Assembly: GCA_050230475.1 (NCBI GenBank)
Contig: JBFLGF010000215.1
Coordinates: 1-55,835, forward strand
Direction: 5' to 3'
Length of the DNA: 55,835 nucleotides
Source: Ancylonema sp.
Taxonomy: Eukaryota
Shown: positions 39,570 through 51,372 of the stretch, piece by piece
Layout: every line of letters begins with the position of its first letter
Position numbering within the stretch: the first letter of the stretch is position 1
Notes under the pieces: model-generated
The model's database searches: none
Told to the model about the DNA's origin: nothing
The model's input: only the letters and a program-made list of their open reading frames with translations
Program-made: the position numbers and the translations under genes

Positions 39570-41910
39570 GCGTCATCCTCACACGTGTCACAAAATCGTT
39601 CTAACGAACATCATCGTTAAGTGCACCATACTCGTGTGAAACACCACTTCCCTACACGCACGTCCGCTCACACTTGCAATATGATATGGTCCAGATCCGC
39701 ACTGTACTCATGCGGTCCAACTGATTGATACCCGCCAACACCTCACTAGCACTTAAGGCATGCCAAATGTATATCACTCCCCCCCCAAAGATGAGAGTAA
39801 CTCTCGCGCCACTCAACTTTGCACCATATGACATGTGGCAAGCACCTGAGGAAAAACTTCGAATTTTTTTTATATGGGTTGGACCCGGGAACCACCGAGT
39901 GTGACAACCACCGTCAAAAGTTTTATCCATCAAATATGTATATCAAAATGAGACAAGCACTTCATGACTACCACAAGTTTGAAACAAAGAGCAACATGTC
40001 CCCCCCCCTTGGTTGGAGGGTAGAGGTGGTTGGTGTTCCCAATTTCAAGATAGAAGTTGGCAATTCATGAGGGAAGGTATACGGCGGCTGCGCCGTGTTC
40101 TTCTTCGTAGGCTCGGGTGCCACGACTGACGCAGCTGGTTGCGGTTGAAGTTGTAGAGTCACTTGGCGTTGCCCTTAGGGCGTCGGCTTCGTTGCCAGGG
40201 GTGGGAGGGGTGAAGCGCACTCGTCCGTTGAAAAAATATGCCTCCCTCATCGCTTCAAATATAATTGGTAATCGTGCCGACCGTTGTTGAATTGTAGCCA
40301 TTTGTCCATGTTGACGCGTCTACCTAAGTGTCATGCCTTGAAATTGGTAGTTTGGGCTAGAGTGGTCGCCAGCCCTCCGATGCTTGCAAGGTGATGCAGC
40401 CATGGCTTGTAGAAGCTCCTTGACGAGTGACTCAAGGATGAGTTCCGGAGGAGCGGTCCAACGTTGTGTCGAAGCATGGACTAGCTTGTTGCAAAATCTC
40501 ATAAATGTGTGTGTTAGTCTTGTGAGTTGCCAGCGGGTCAAGTTTGTTGTTTGGCAGTTCGACATTGCCGTTGGACGCTCCCCCCTTTTTCTACGTGCAA
40601 CTACGTGCGATGTGGCCCACTTGGTGACGCCACTACCACTTTGCCTCCAGCCGCAACATAAATTTGACGCAGGTCGAAGATTTCCTTATTATTGTAGAAA
40701 GATCGCCACGCCTCTCTCATCGCCTCACGGGTAATAGCCTCCTCGTATTCGTAGTTCTTTGTTGTGATCCCATTTTTTCAAAAAATTGTCAAGCACTCGT
40801 CTTGCTTGGCCGCCCGGCTTCATTCCCGGACTCTCTAGATAGTCGTATTGGGTCACTCCCTCTGCCAGTTGTCGATTGGAGTTCACCAGTATAGCCTCCC
40901 ATCCAATTCTGGCGTCTTTCATGCGCTGTTCATTGCCCCCATCGCCTGTGTAACTTTTTGTCAAGTGTCATTGCCATTTTTGACATAATTTTTATATGAA
41001 TGTTTTTGACTTAGCAATTCGGTGAAAATGAATCCACCCAAAGGCAAGGCAATTCCAGGGCATAGACGTAACGTGTCCGAAGCGTTGCAATGGCTGTAAA
41101 GGTTTCTGTTTTACCAAATCGATTCCAAATGCAGATTTTTCATTCAAATGAACATTTCAATTGAGATCAGAATGCACATACCCATGCCACCCGAATACAC
41201 TCGAAGAAACAACACTACACAATGTTGAATGAAAAATGATAGCGTATTCCCGAGGTGCACCACGCCCGAATGAGGTTAGAGTGCGGAGACTACACATTGT
41301 GTAGCTCCTAGCTTCCAAAGTATCTACGATATTTTACAGCGCCCACTGACATGCCGACTTACATGCTAACATTTTCATTTTTGGCCAAGTATTCCAAAAG
41401 GAATACGTCATGCGGATTGACTGTATAGCTGAAAAAAACATATGGCTGCTATAGAGCATTTTCTGCTGTACAACTTGGTAGCCGATCTCTGCTATCTACT
41501 ACCAGGTGTACATCCGACAACACAAATGCAAGCATCGAGCTCTATCGTTATCTAAAATGTACTCCAAGCTCCCACAAGCACCACTGGCCCCATTGTCATG
41601 TCACCGTCTGCGATCAGTTGTTAGTGATGCGCGAGTGGTGCCATAGGGCACCGACTCACGTCTCTAGGAGTGTCTTTCGGATATGACGCCGCGTTTGGCG
41701 AAGCAATCAAGACTCTTCCATACTACAAGAAATAAACCGTTCTATCGCTAAACGAAACACCTCGATATATACTCGGACCCACGCATGTTTCAAATTATTG
41801 TATAGGCTTGTATACTCGTGACCACGCCAAATCACTGTATAGGCACATACACTCGTGCCCATGTCAAATCACCATATAGGCACACGATCGTACAAAGTCC
41901 GACACACGTC
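39570..41910. mobile_element. Probable longer degenerate member of the dispersed repeat family, with broken internal minus-strand ORF remnants
   Basis: The left part resembles ~29230-29310 (AACATCATCGTTAA). The right part (41770-41905) resembles 30160-30290 (CAAATCACCATATAG.CACACGATCGTA...GTCCGACA). The internal ORFs are not recognised. Confidence 0.4.
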
Positions 41911-42639
41911 TATTCGAAACACTAAAAAAATTCATTTCAAACCCTGGAGAGCTTATAATGTATAACTTCTCTATACAAATATTGGGACTGAATATACTAA
42001 AAATGGTAAGTTATACCGTAGCAAAAGTCGTCGTATTGACCTCCTGTGTGGAATAAACCGCGAATGTACTGACCATATCCGAACTGAGGGATTTTCCAAA
42101 TATCTACAGTGTTCGATTAGGGCTTGGTCTCGACTGATTGGTAAACGAGACACCTTACTCGGTTAAGATTTGATGAAAAATAAAGTACGCCGAAATCTCG
42201 TCATGGACACACGCTTAACAAGCATGTACCACGTCATTGGCACCTAAATGCCGACTTGACCAACTTTTCCTCACAAAATTGTATCCGTTAGCCATTGGCA
42301 CTCCATGTTATACGCACACCAAAAAGGGCGAATGTATGAAATTTTCGTGGGTCATATACGTTGGCAGTAAGCGGCTAGGAAGCAGCTGTCGATACGCCAA
42401 TCAGTTCACAAGTCAAAATTACATGAAAATATGATTGAACAACATGGCAAACGACATTCAGAAACTTTGAGAGCATATATTTCCTTTATCGGGCACAGTT
42501 AACCTTAGGGCCCTTGACAAGTGTTCCTATAACGAGATGCTCACATTGCTAGCATATACACGTTACAGGGACCAAAATTTAGGGTCCCGAAGATGTGCAT
42601 GTATCAAGAATTGACTTCTGATTAATAAAAGATCGTGTC

Positions 42640-43780
42640 GTATAATATATCATCGTGTAATGTTCACACGTACGATTCACGATTTATAACAAAATTTGCC
42701 GTTCTATGCGTCCACACGTGCGAATTAAATGTGAATCCATGATAACGGTATCATGGATGTAATCACCAAACGTCGGACCTAACCAAGGTCCAACTCACAC
42801 ACGTGCGTAACAACATACATCATTTGCAAGCATCTCACATGCGTATACAACATGGCAAATATTTTTTCTAGTTTCCTATGGCAAGACTATGCCGGTTGGA
42901 CTGAACGTAATTTTTTCGAAGCGTTATGGTAAGTACGAAAGTAATTCACACTCAATGCAGATGTATTAATGATTGATCAAGGTCAGCCGAAACACTTCAG
43001 AATACTCGACACACAATGGTTTGAGTCAAGATTTCTTCAGCGGTTCCCGAGGACTACAAAGACCTGTTGAGGTCTGAGTACAACATGTGCTGACTATATG
43101 CGAAACATGTGCTCGCAACTCTGCTCTGCTCCTACAGGATCAGCATCGTCTCGCGGCGCCGATTTGCGGTTGCACCGACAAGTAGCTCATGCATTCCTAG
43201 CCAAGTATTACAATGTCTACCAAATAGTCTTCAATATTGCAACTAGGTACAAGACATGACTATCACGAGACTGATCTGATCTTCTTATCGCATCGCTGGC
43301 AGCCGGTAGAGCTTGCGGCTCATACATCAAAAGGACAATGTATATACAAGTAGTTTGTCTCCACTGTAATCACGTATTCTAGACGCTAAGTCGCAAAGAC
43401 GTGGATGTCCTCTTGCAGTTCACTGGCTAGCAGTACAATGTGAGTCACTCGCTGATTAGTAACGTGCAGCCTGACATGTCTGCTGCGAGAGTAGCGAACT
43501 AGGCGCCGCCAAATGCGGAACACATTAATCGTGCGATTTTTAACTACACCCTAAGTTAGACAATCGAAACTTAACTCAATATTGCATATTCAGGCACGTG
43601 CCAAATAAAGACGTAAATTCACGTATCTCCGCGGGTGCGTCCCGGGTAATTGATTGTTAACGATTTCTTCGTTATAATCGTGCTATTCTTTGTATAGGCA
43701 CATTCATCGATTAAGCACTCTTGCTTGTTTACATGCTATAATCAGGATATAGGCGCACGATCGATTTAGGTATGACAATC
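42640..43780. repeat. Dispersed repeat, diverged homolog of ~29230-30290
   Basis: Same colinear anchors as 29230-30290. Confidence 0.7.
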
Positions 43781-44253
43781 GTTATTAGGCGCACCTGCGG
43801 GACTTGGGTGCATTTTTAACGTTTTTGTGTTTGTATCGTGTGCATCGTGTCTAGGATTGCCGTTTGCCATGATGCTCAAAATTTCACTCAGTATATTTTT
43901 ACTAGGGCAATTTCTCGCAAATTGACATGTGCATGAGTAGAGATGCCACTTTCATGAGAAAAACAACGTGCGTGACATGCGCCATTCCCCCCCCCTCGGT
44001 TCCCACTCGACGTCATGGATTATGACGTCATGTTCCGTTAGTGGCACAGTATCGCCTAGATTTATGTGTCTACAGCGTTGTCTGCCAGTGCTTCTAACGA
44101 TTTTGGCGGGGGTGACTCGGTTCTTGGCACTTCTATGCCTTTAACGTGGTATAAGCCAATAATTTGTGTGCCTACAACGAATAATTACTGATGTATAATT
44201 ATGTTGTCAGACTTCTGGTATCTGACACACAGGGCTCGTGTCGCTTTCCCGGT

Positions 44254-44736
44254 TACATTAAATACTCGTCATAGGCACACTCGTTATAGCAATATTCACG
44301 TTACGTTACGTTCGAACGAATAATGACGTCATAAAATATGCTGATCCGACTGATTAGGTCAGACGTGTCGGTGTCTTCGTTAGCACGGTGGCAAGTGCGT
44401 GTGTATTCGTTACTGCGGTGTATGACACGTGCGCGTGTAGGCAATGCTAAATAGAACGACAGAGTGAATATGATATCAAGTGTTCACACTCCAATCAGCA
44501 AATAAGATAATATCTCGGTCACGGTGAAAATTTTCAGCGACATCGCAGACGAAGTTCTCAAATGCTGAGAGCAAAATTTTGAATTTCCCTCGTTACAGTC
44601 CCTCGTTACAGGCACATCTGCCTCAGGGTCCCTGGCAAATATGCCTGTACGCGATTAACGCGTTACAGACATAACCACGTTACAGGCTCACGTTTTCGAT
44701 GTCTCAAGAGTGTGACTATAACGAGTATTTATTGTA
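44254..44736. mobile_element. pogo/Tc1-mariner-like MITE with about 26-bp TIRs and TA target duplication
   Basis: TA-CATTAAATACTCGTCATAGGCACACT ... AGTGTGACTATAACGAGTATTTATTG-TA. Confidence 0.7.
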
Positions 44737-45089
44737 CCACCAAGGTTACGTAAAATAACCGAGCTATAATTTTGGACCGTATTCCGTATAGTCCATCCAA
44801 CCACGTGGCAACCACCGATGCACCGTGGGGTCCTTGTAGAACGTGTTCATCAACAATTTTATCAAAGCACGTGCAGGCTGACGTGATGCCAGCACGACTT
44901 CATTTTATAGCGTCTTCGATCTGTAGGACCTGTTGACCACATGCACCATATATTCACTACCACCATTGGTGGAAACTGTCGTGGCAGACTGATTATTTTA
45001 TCAGTGTGTAGAAAAGATAGTATCAATATTTCCGAGAGAGCTTCGTGCAGTATTAGAGCCGCTCCAGTTTGCAGACTGCCTAAAACGTC

Positions 45090-47464
45090 ATGACTCTGCA
45101 AATTTGTATTCTTTCCCAAGTTCCAATACTAAAAAACAACTTCGCTTTCCCTGGCCGTAGGGGGCAGTTGCCTTCTGACGCCACCACGAAAGTTTACCTC
45201 TTGAGAAGATGTTTTCTCACAGAAGTCTACGAGATAATTCAATCAAGTCACGTTTTGTCCATCACCAGGGGGATGAAACCCCTTGGGCTGACTCTTCAAC
45301 AGTCAGTTGAAAGGCCCTTGGAGATACACTACTTCAAATACATATATCATTTGAAGTGCCCGAGTAGAGTCGGTGTAGCAATATTATCTTACGTTGTCTG
45401 CCTCGCTTACAAAAGGAGAATTGACGTGGTCTGACGAAATTGCGCGAAACGACCATACTTCACTGCGTCAAATGACGACAAGAGGCAATGGCGAATCGCG
45501 TCGGGTCACTCTGACAGCAAAGCTCTGGCCATCGTAGCTTATCGGAATCTTTCTTGCCGTCGCATTCGTAATAATAGAAAATGAAAATGACAGAAACAAA
45601 TTACAGCTGCTACATCAGCGATATAGCAGCTGTAATATCAATTGGGAAATTGAGAATATGATGAGATTGGAAGGATGATAAGAAACACCATCCACGGCAA
45701 GTCATATGTTTTTTCGAGCACACTGCCGTTCCATCTAATGGGGCTGGAGTTTCTGGAGTTGGGCCGAACGGATATTGTCGGCGACATATTTGAATGGAAT
45801 ACATACCAATCTAAATTTCTGGTGTGTCTAATTACACCAAGTCAAATACGTAACGGGATATTTGAAAATTCGGTATGCCTGTCTTTGCCATGGTCAGTAT
45901 GCACACGTACTAGGAGAGGCGTTACTGGAACGTGAGATGTCGAGTAGGTGAGGGGTACTTTTATATAAGCACAATCTAGAATCACGACCATGACTCCCAG
46001 ACGCCCGCCCAAGGCAGAATCCGGACTATCTATGGCACTTCATTTTTTCATCCTCATCAGGACCGTCTATGTCTTTTATGGGGGCCAGGTGGAGGGTGGT
46101 GACAAAAACAGATCCCAACGATACGAGCAAGCCCTGAAGCAGATCAAGGAGGATATCAGTGTGCGGGCTGAAAATCTGCACAGTGTGAACGAAGCCAAAA
46201 AGATGAATTCAGAGCTGCGGTTTGCCAAGCAGCTCATGGCGCAGGTCGGAACTCAGCTCCGAGTCAACCCTGTCATATGCTGTCGTTATAAATAATAAAA
46301 TATTGTAGAGGTGGAATGGACATGTGGAAAGCGGAGGTGACACAAGGTGGCGTCGCAACAGAAAAAAAAATCAATTCCAGAATCATTCACTCTTTGTGCA
46401 GAAAAGTAGAGTGGTGGATGGAAATTCTTCTCCTCTTGCCTGAGTTACGCTCCATACAAAGGGGGCGGCTTTTTTTTGGTATATATTTTCAAAGCGGATG
46501 TAGGCGACTTTAGTCCTCAAGATGCGGTGGACACTCAGTGTTTATATGGGAGGCAGACCAGGACAGATTCTGGCCTTCCTCTTAGAAGATCACTGCAACA
46601 TCCATTCATAGGTGTGGAAAGGAGGAGCGCAGATATGCTTCCTTTTCTGAACCCCCATTCCGCTCTCTTCTGCTCTGTGAATCAGGACAGGTTCAGCCAG
46701 GCTGTCGCTCATCTGGACAAAGTTTCGGCGCATTCCACGCACCAATCCCTCCTACATTGCGAGGCTGAGCTGAGACGGGGCATCTGTTTGGAAAAGTTGG
46801 GAATGCATTCGGATGCGAGGGAGGCGTTAGAGGGCGTTGCGCATACCAAGGCTCCATTTCCACACATTCGGAGGAGAGCTGCACAAGAGTTGTGGGCGCA
46901 AAATCATGCGCACAACTATGTGGAGGTCACGTCAGCACAAGCAAAGGAGGGTGAGATTGTGGATGGGGGGATTCCATGCTTCGTTTTCCCCGTTCGGTTG
47001 AAAGGTTTGTGACAACTCCAAGATCAGTCATTGTGGGTTTGACTCCTTCTCTACCTCTGCACCTCAACTCTGCAAGACGTTCTTTAAGTATGGACGACCA
47101 AGATGTTATTGCGGTAGTATTAGTTCATCAACCCTCAAAAAGTTCCGAGGTCGAGGTAGAGGCAGTTTGTTTGTTGCAACAACCGTACTGATAGCGGGGA
47201 GAACCTTGTTGTGGGTATGAAAATTGGCTAATATTTGTTAAAGATGTTGGTGCAGATCAAGGGTCTGAGGCCACACAAGCCAACGTCGCTGCAAATTTCC
47301 AGGAGTATTTATACGACATGTTCTCGACTGGATTTGGAAGTTTGCACGACAAGAAATTGTTGATCGAAAATGAGCAGGAGCAGGCAATGATCCGCATCAT
47401 TGCCATTTCTGCTCTTTTGATTGGACCTGCCATCCTAGGCTGGTTGGTGGTGACAAATTTGTAG
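45090..47464 (+). CDS. TPR-like helical protein with a C-terminal transmembrane helix and transit-peptide-like N-terminus (copy 1); middle exons unresolved
   Basis: Three 3' exons join in frame: RYEQALKQIKED..AKQLMAQ|DRFSQAVAHLDKV..SLLHCEAELRRGICLEKLG..RRRAAQELW|..AMIRIIAISALLIGPAILGWLVVTNL*. Linkage to the ATG at 45090 is inferred. Confidence 0.55.
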
Positions 47465-49149
47465 TGAAAATTGGAAAGTCGACGTTGCATTGTAAATATT
47501 AGTGAAGGATTTTGTGACCTACTTTGTAGTTGTTGCGTGAAATCAAGTTTCGGTTTCTTTTTTCTTTTTTACATACTAGTAATATCGTGGTCTTGGCATG
47601 GGCAAACAATCGGTGTAGCAGAGGTGCAAGTGTTACGACATTGTTGCCCAATAACATGATGTACATACACATGGTAATGGCAATGTACGGCAATGTCTCA
47701 TTTAGTGCGGCTAAAAGAGAGGGAGGGAGGGAGGGAGGGAGGGAGGGGACGTGGTTGGTTTGCCAAAGTGGCTGTGCTATTGCGTAAATTACGTTTGGGA
47801 AAGTGCGAAAATCTGAAGGCGGGATCGCTAAAATGTAATGTTGCCACTCTTATGATTAACACGTATAGTATGGGGACCTTGTCTAATTTCCACTGAGACA
47901 TGCGACTGCCGGGTCTAAAGGGATGGACTTATGGAAGTATACATTTTATAACCTTTGTGCTCAGACCTCAATTCGTATTTGCACACCTCGAGGACTGATG
48001 GCCAAATTACCACTAAATCCTTTTTGCAATTTGTATGTTAGTTCGGCAAGCATTTAGTTCATGTACATTTGACTCTTGTGCATTTGATTGGAATTAAATT
48101 TGGCTATCAATCGTTTGAGCATTGCATTGTCCACATCATTCAAGCTTCGGACACTTTACGTCCACACTGAAGGCATAGCCTCGCTTAAGTAGACAAGAAA
48201 TAACGTTTGGCATATGTATACTCGCGTTAGGTGTGTGCAATGGCCTTTGCTTTCGCGCACGTGTGTGTAGCGGATCTCGACTAGGTCATTATACCATGCG
48301 TGTTCAACCATGTGAGAGGATAGAAAGTGTTTCGCACGTGGAAAGTGCATAGTACAACAAAGTTCGTTATAACAAATGGATCGGACGTGAGACTATAGCG
48401 CGATGTTACATAATACTACACAAGTAAATGGAGGTGGTGAGATGAGTTACAAGTTTCAATGATATTTTTGGCCATAAATTTTGGGAACGCGGTGAAAGAG
48501 GCGGAAGAAACGTGATTCATGTGAGACGCCATGCTGGCGTCTACTCTCAACTCAACTCAATTCAACACTCAACTCAAAATGTAGCATAAGCGTATGCTTA
48601 AACTCAATCGCATTCTCATAAACACTTAGCGAAAACCCATTGCCAAAACTTCTTTCATGAAGTAGTCAGTGATAACAAATACCGGAGAAGAATTGTCACA
48701 ATAGTGGTTTGGTAAGCGAATCTAGATCCGATAGCTAAAAGTATGATCTTGAACACGCAACCAAGTCCAAAGCACATTTAAACGGCCCTAGATACATCGA
48801 ACGATCAATCTAAACCCGGTCATACACAATCTTTACTAGTACACACACGCGCACCAAGCTAGGCCACGCAATCACCACGTTGACACCGACATAAATTAAC
48901 CGATACAAACTAAAGCATTACGAACCTAAATACACGCGTCACAAATCCACGCTTCTCCGATATAACCACTTCATGTCATAGACACCAACAAACAAACTCA
49001 ACACAACAAACCACGCCATTTGTCCGATAACCTTAAAAGGCAACTTTGGCCAACTAAACTATTGTCTTTAATAATATACAAATATGTTGCAAAATACCTC
49101 AAAATCCTCCTCCCTGCAACATCCATTGACTAAAAACTTCTAGCCACTT

Positions 49150-49940
49150 CCCACCGTGCCAGTAAACGGCTTCATTACCAGCTTCACTTAGGTCCACATA
49201 CTCACTCTCACCGCTGCTGTGAGTCACCACCTTCATCATCGAGCTTCTCCAGCTGATGGCAGCTCCACCACTCAGAAACACATCCCCGCTACGACCCCTC
49301 GATTTTTCCTTCTCCCCAGCATGTCCCGAGTCTGAGTATCCCATCACCTCGACTTGCGCCCCCCTCTTGTACAGCAACCCCTCCCCGACAGTGCCACTCA
49401 CATATCGCAGCACCCTCTTCACCCCCTCCCAATGTGGAACACCCGGATACTGGCTGAACTTGCTCAGTTCCGATACTGCAGCTGAAATGTCGGGCCTGGT
49501 GCACGTCGCCAAGTACATGAGACTCCCCCTATAGCCGATCTGTATGGAACATCGACCATCTCGAACTTCCCTGCTGCAGTTGTCGGACCGAGGAAGCGTC
49601 AAGACGGCATCCGAACTCGAGGGGTGTCGACACCGGCTTGCAGCCCTCCATGTTGAACCTACGGATGACGTCACGAAGCATACTGCTCTTGTACCAGGAG
49701 CACCGTCACCATTCTCTTGCCTCCTGATCTCTATCCCAAGCAAGAATCCGAGCCTCCCCTAGGTCCTTTCATCTTGAACTCCGCACCAGAGCCCCTTCTT
49801 CAAACTCTCTATGTTGATCAGCTTCATCCCCACAATGAACAGGATCATCGACATAGAGGGCAATGTAGACGGCGTCCACCCCCTCACCCTTCACATACAT
49901 CCCAACGTCAGACAGCAGCCTCTTGAACCCCAAGGATGTT
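49150..49940 (-). mobile_element. Degenerate Ty1/copia LTR-retrotransposon RT/RNase H fragment
   Basis: LGFKRLLSDVGMY..IALYVDD, GSLMYLATCTRPDISAAV..KRVLRYV..GYSDS..GGAAISWRS..SSGESEY, with frameshifts. Confidence 0.92.
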
Positions 49941-49957
49941 CCACTGCCTTGGGGTGC

Positions 49958-50165
49958 GTTCATGTGAATATGGTTTATAGTACGTACATACACATGTGTA
50001 TGAGTTGTAAGTTGAAATGAAATGTTGCGTTCTTCTGAATATGGTTTCTAGTACGTACATACACATGTGTATGAGTTTTAAGGTGAAAGTAAAATCTGCA
50101 TTCATCTTAATATAGTTTATAGTACGTACATACAAAAATGTCAGAGTTTTAAGGTGAAATTAAAT
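49958..50165. repeat. 71-bp tandem repeat, about 3 copies
   Basis: Units start at 49965, 50036 and 50107 (..AATATGGTTTATAGTACGTACATAC..). Confidence 0.88.
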
Positions 50166-51372
50166 TCATGTTGGCATGCTATATACATGTGTATGTGGAC
50201 ATATACATGACAAAACCTTGCACATATAAATCCCCGCTTATCAAACATCATACAAATGTAATACATACGTGCATGAGAACACATACCATTATGTGCATAC
50301 TCACCACACCTATTCATTTTTTACTACGCATCCCACCACTCGACAATAGCTAGCGGAAACTGATCTACGTCACACACCTCATTTCGACTTATTTCTCTCC
50401 CCTCCACCACTGTGAAATGAATTGGTATCGCCCTCCCTCGAAAATATGCATCCACCACTCGTCCCCCACTTGGAGATGGTGCCCACCTGCAACAACACCT
50501 CGAGAAAAAGAGGGAAATAAATATACTATGTTTACACATCTCAGAGTCCAGACGAACCATATTTGATGCGCACCATGTCCATTTCTAGTACCCAAGAGGG
50601 CGGTCAATATATATATTATAAGTAATATAAAGTGATTGCCATTCACAAAGCACTCAACACTCCACACTTTTTGGAGTTTATTGGAGATTGGAGAATATTG
50701 TCTGATCCCTGTTAGAATTTCCTCATTGGACAACTCAAGCCTCTGTATCCAACTCGACCGAGGTAACTGTGGAGAATACTGCAACATAATTGTATATTAA
50801 TGATATGTTTCTTTAGGTCGGCCAAAGTTGCCGTGCTGGCGATCGCTGACGTTTTGGTTTTATTCTGGTTTNATATTAAACTCGAGGTTGCTTTGACCAG
50901 AATATTCCCCTTCATCAGTAATTTCTTTTACATTATCGCCACCTCTTGTTTCTGTGAAAATGAAGTTTTTAATCAGCTCACACAGTTGTACTTCCGACTT
51001 CATACACCTAAATGCTCGATGAATATATGTTGGGCTCACGCGAATTCGCCTTCATAACTGTCTTCAAAATCACGAATCCGATCGGACGATATTTATCAAT
51101 CCGATCGGACGATATACGGGCTGCATACGGCTTCACACTCCAAGATGTCACCACTTATACACATATTCAAACTGGAAATGCAAACAAAGATTACAAGCCC
51201 CTACTAAATTGACGTTAAGGGACGATTAGCAAACCAAGGAGTTGACAAGAAATAAATAACCTTCTATTTTCATCCGATTTCATTCCACTACGTTGGCTGG
51301 AAAGTCGGTAATGTCACAACCGACTACCTTTATCTGGCAGCAGCCACTAATACACGTCCAAAACTTAAAGGC

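Noticed and set aside
41721..41733. CACTA-like terminus TACTACAAGAAA
   Set aside because: The first base mismatches and I found no matching opposite terminus.
50389..50915. VNGNHFILL as a transposon-associated protease motif
   Set aside because: A single short motif in broken frames next to an N gap; insufficient support.
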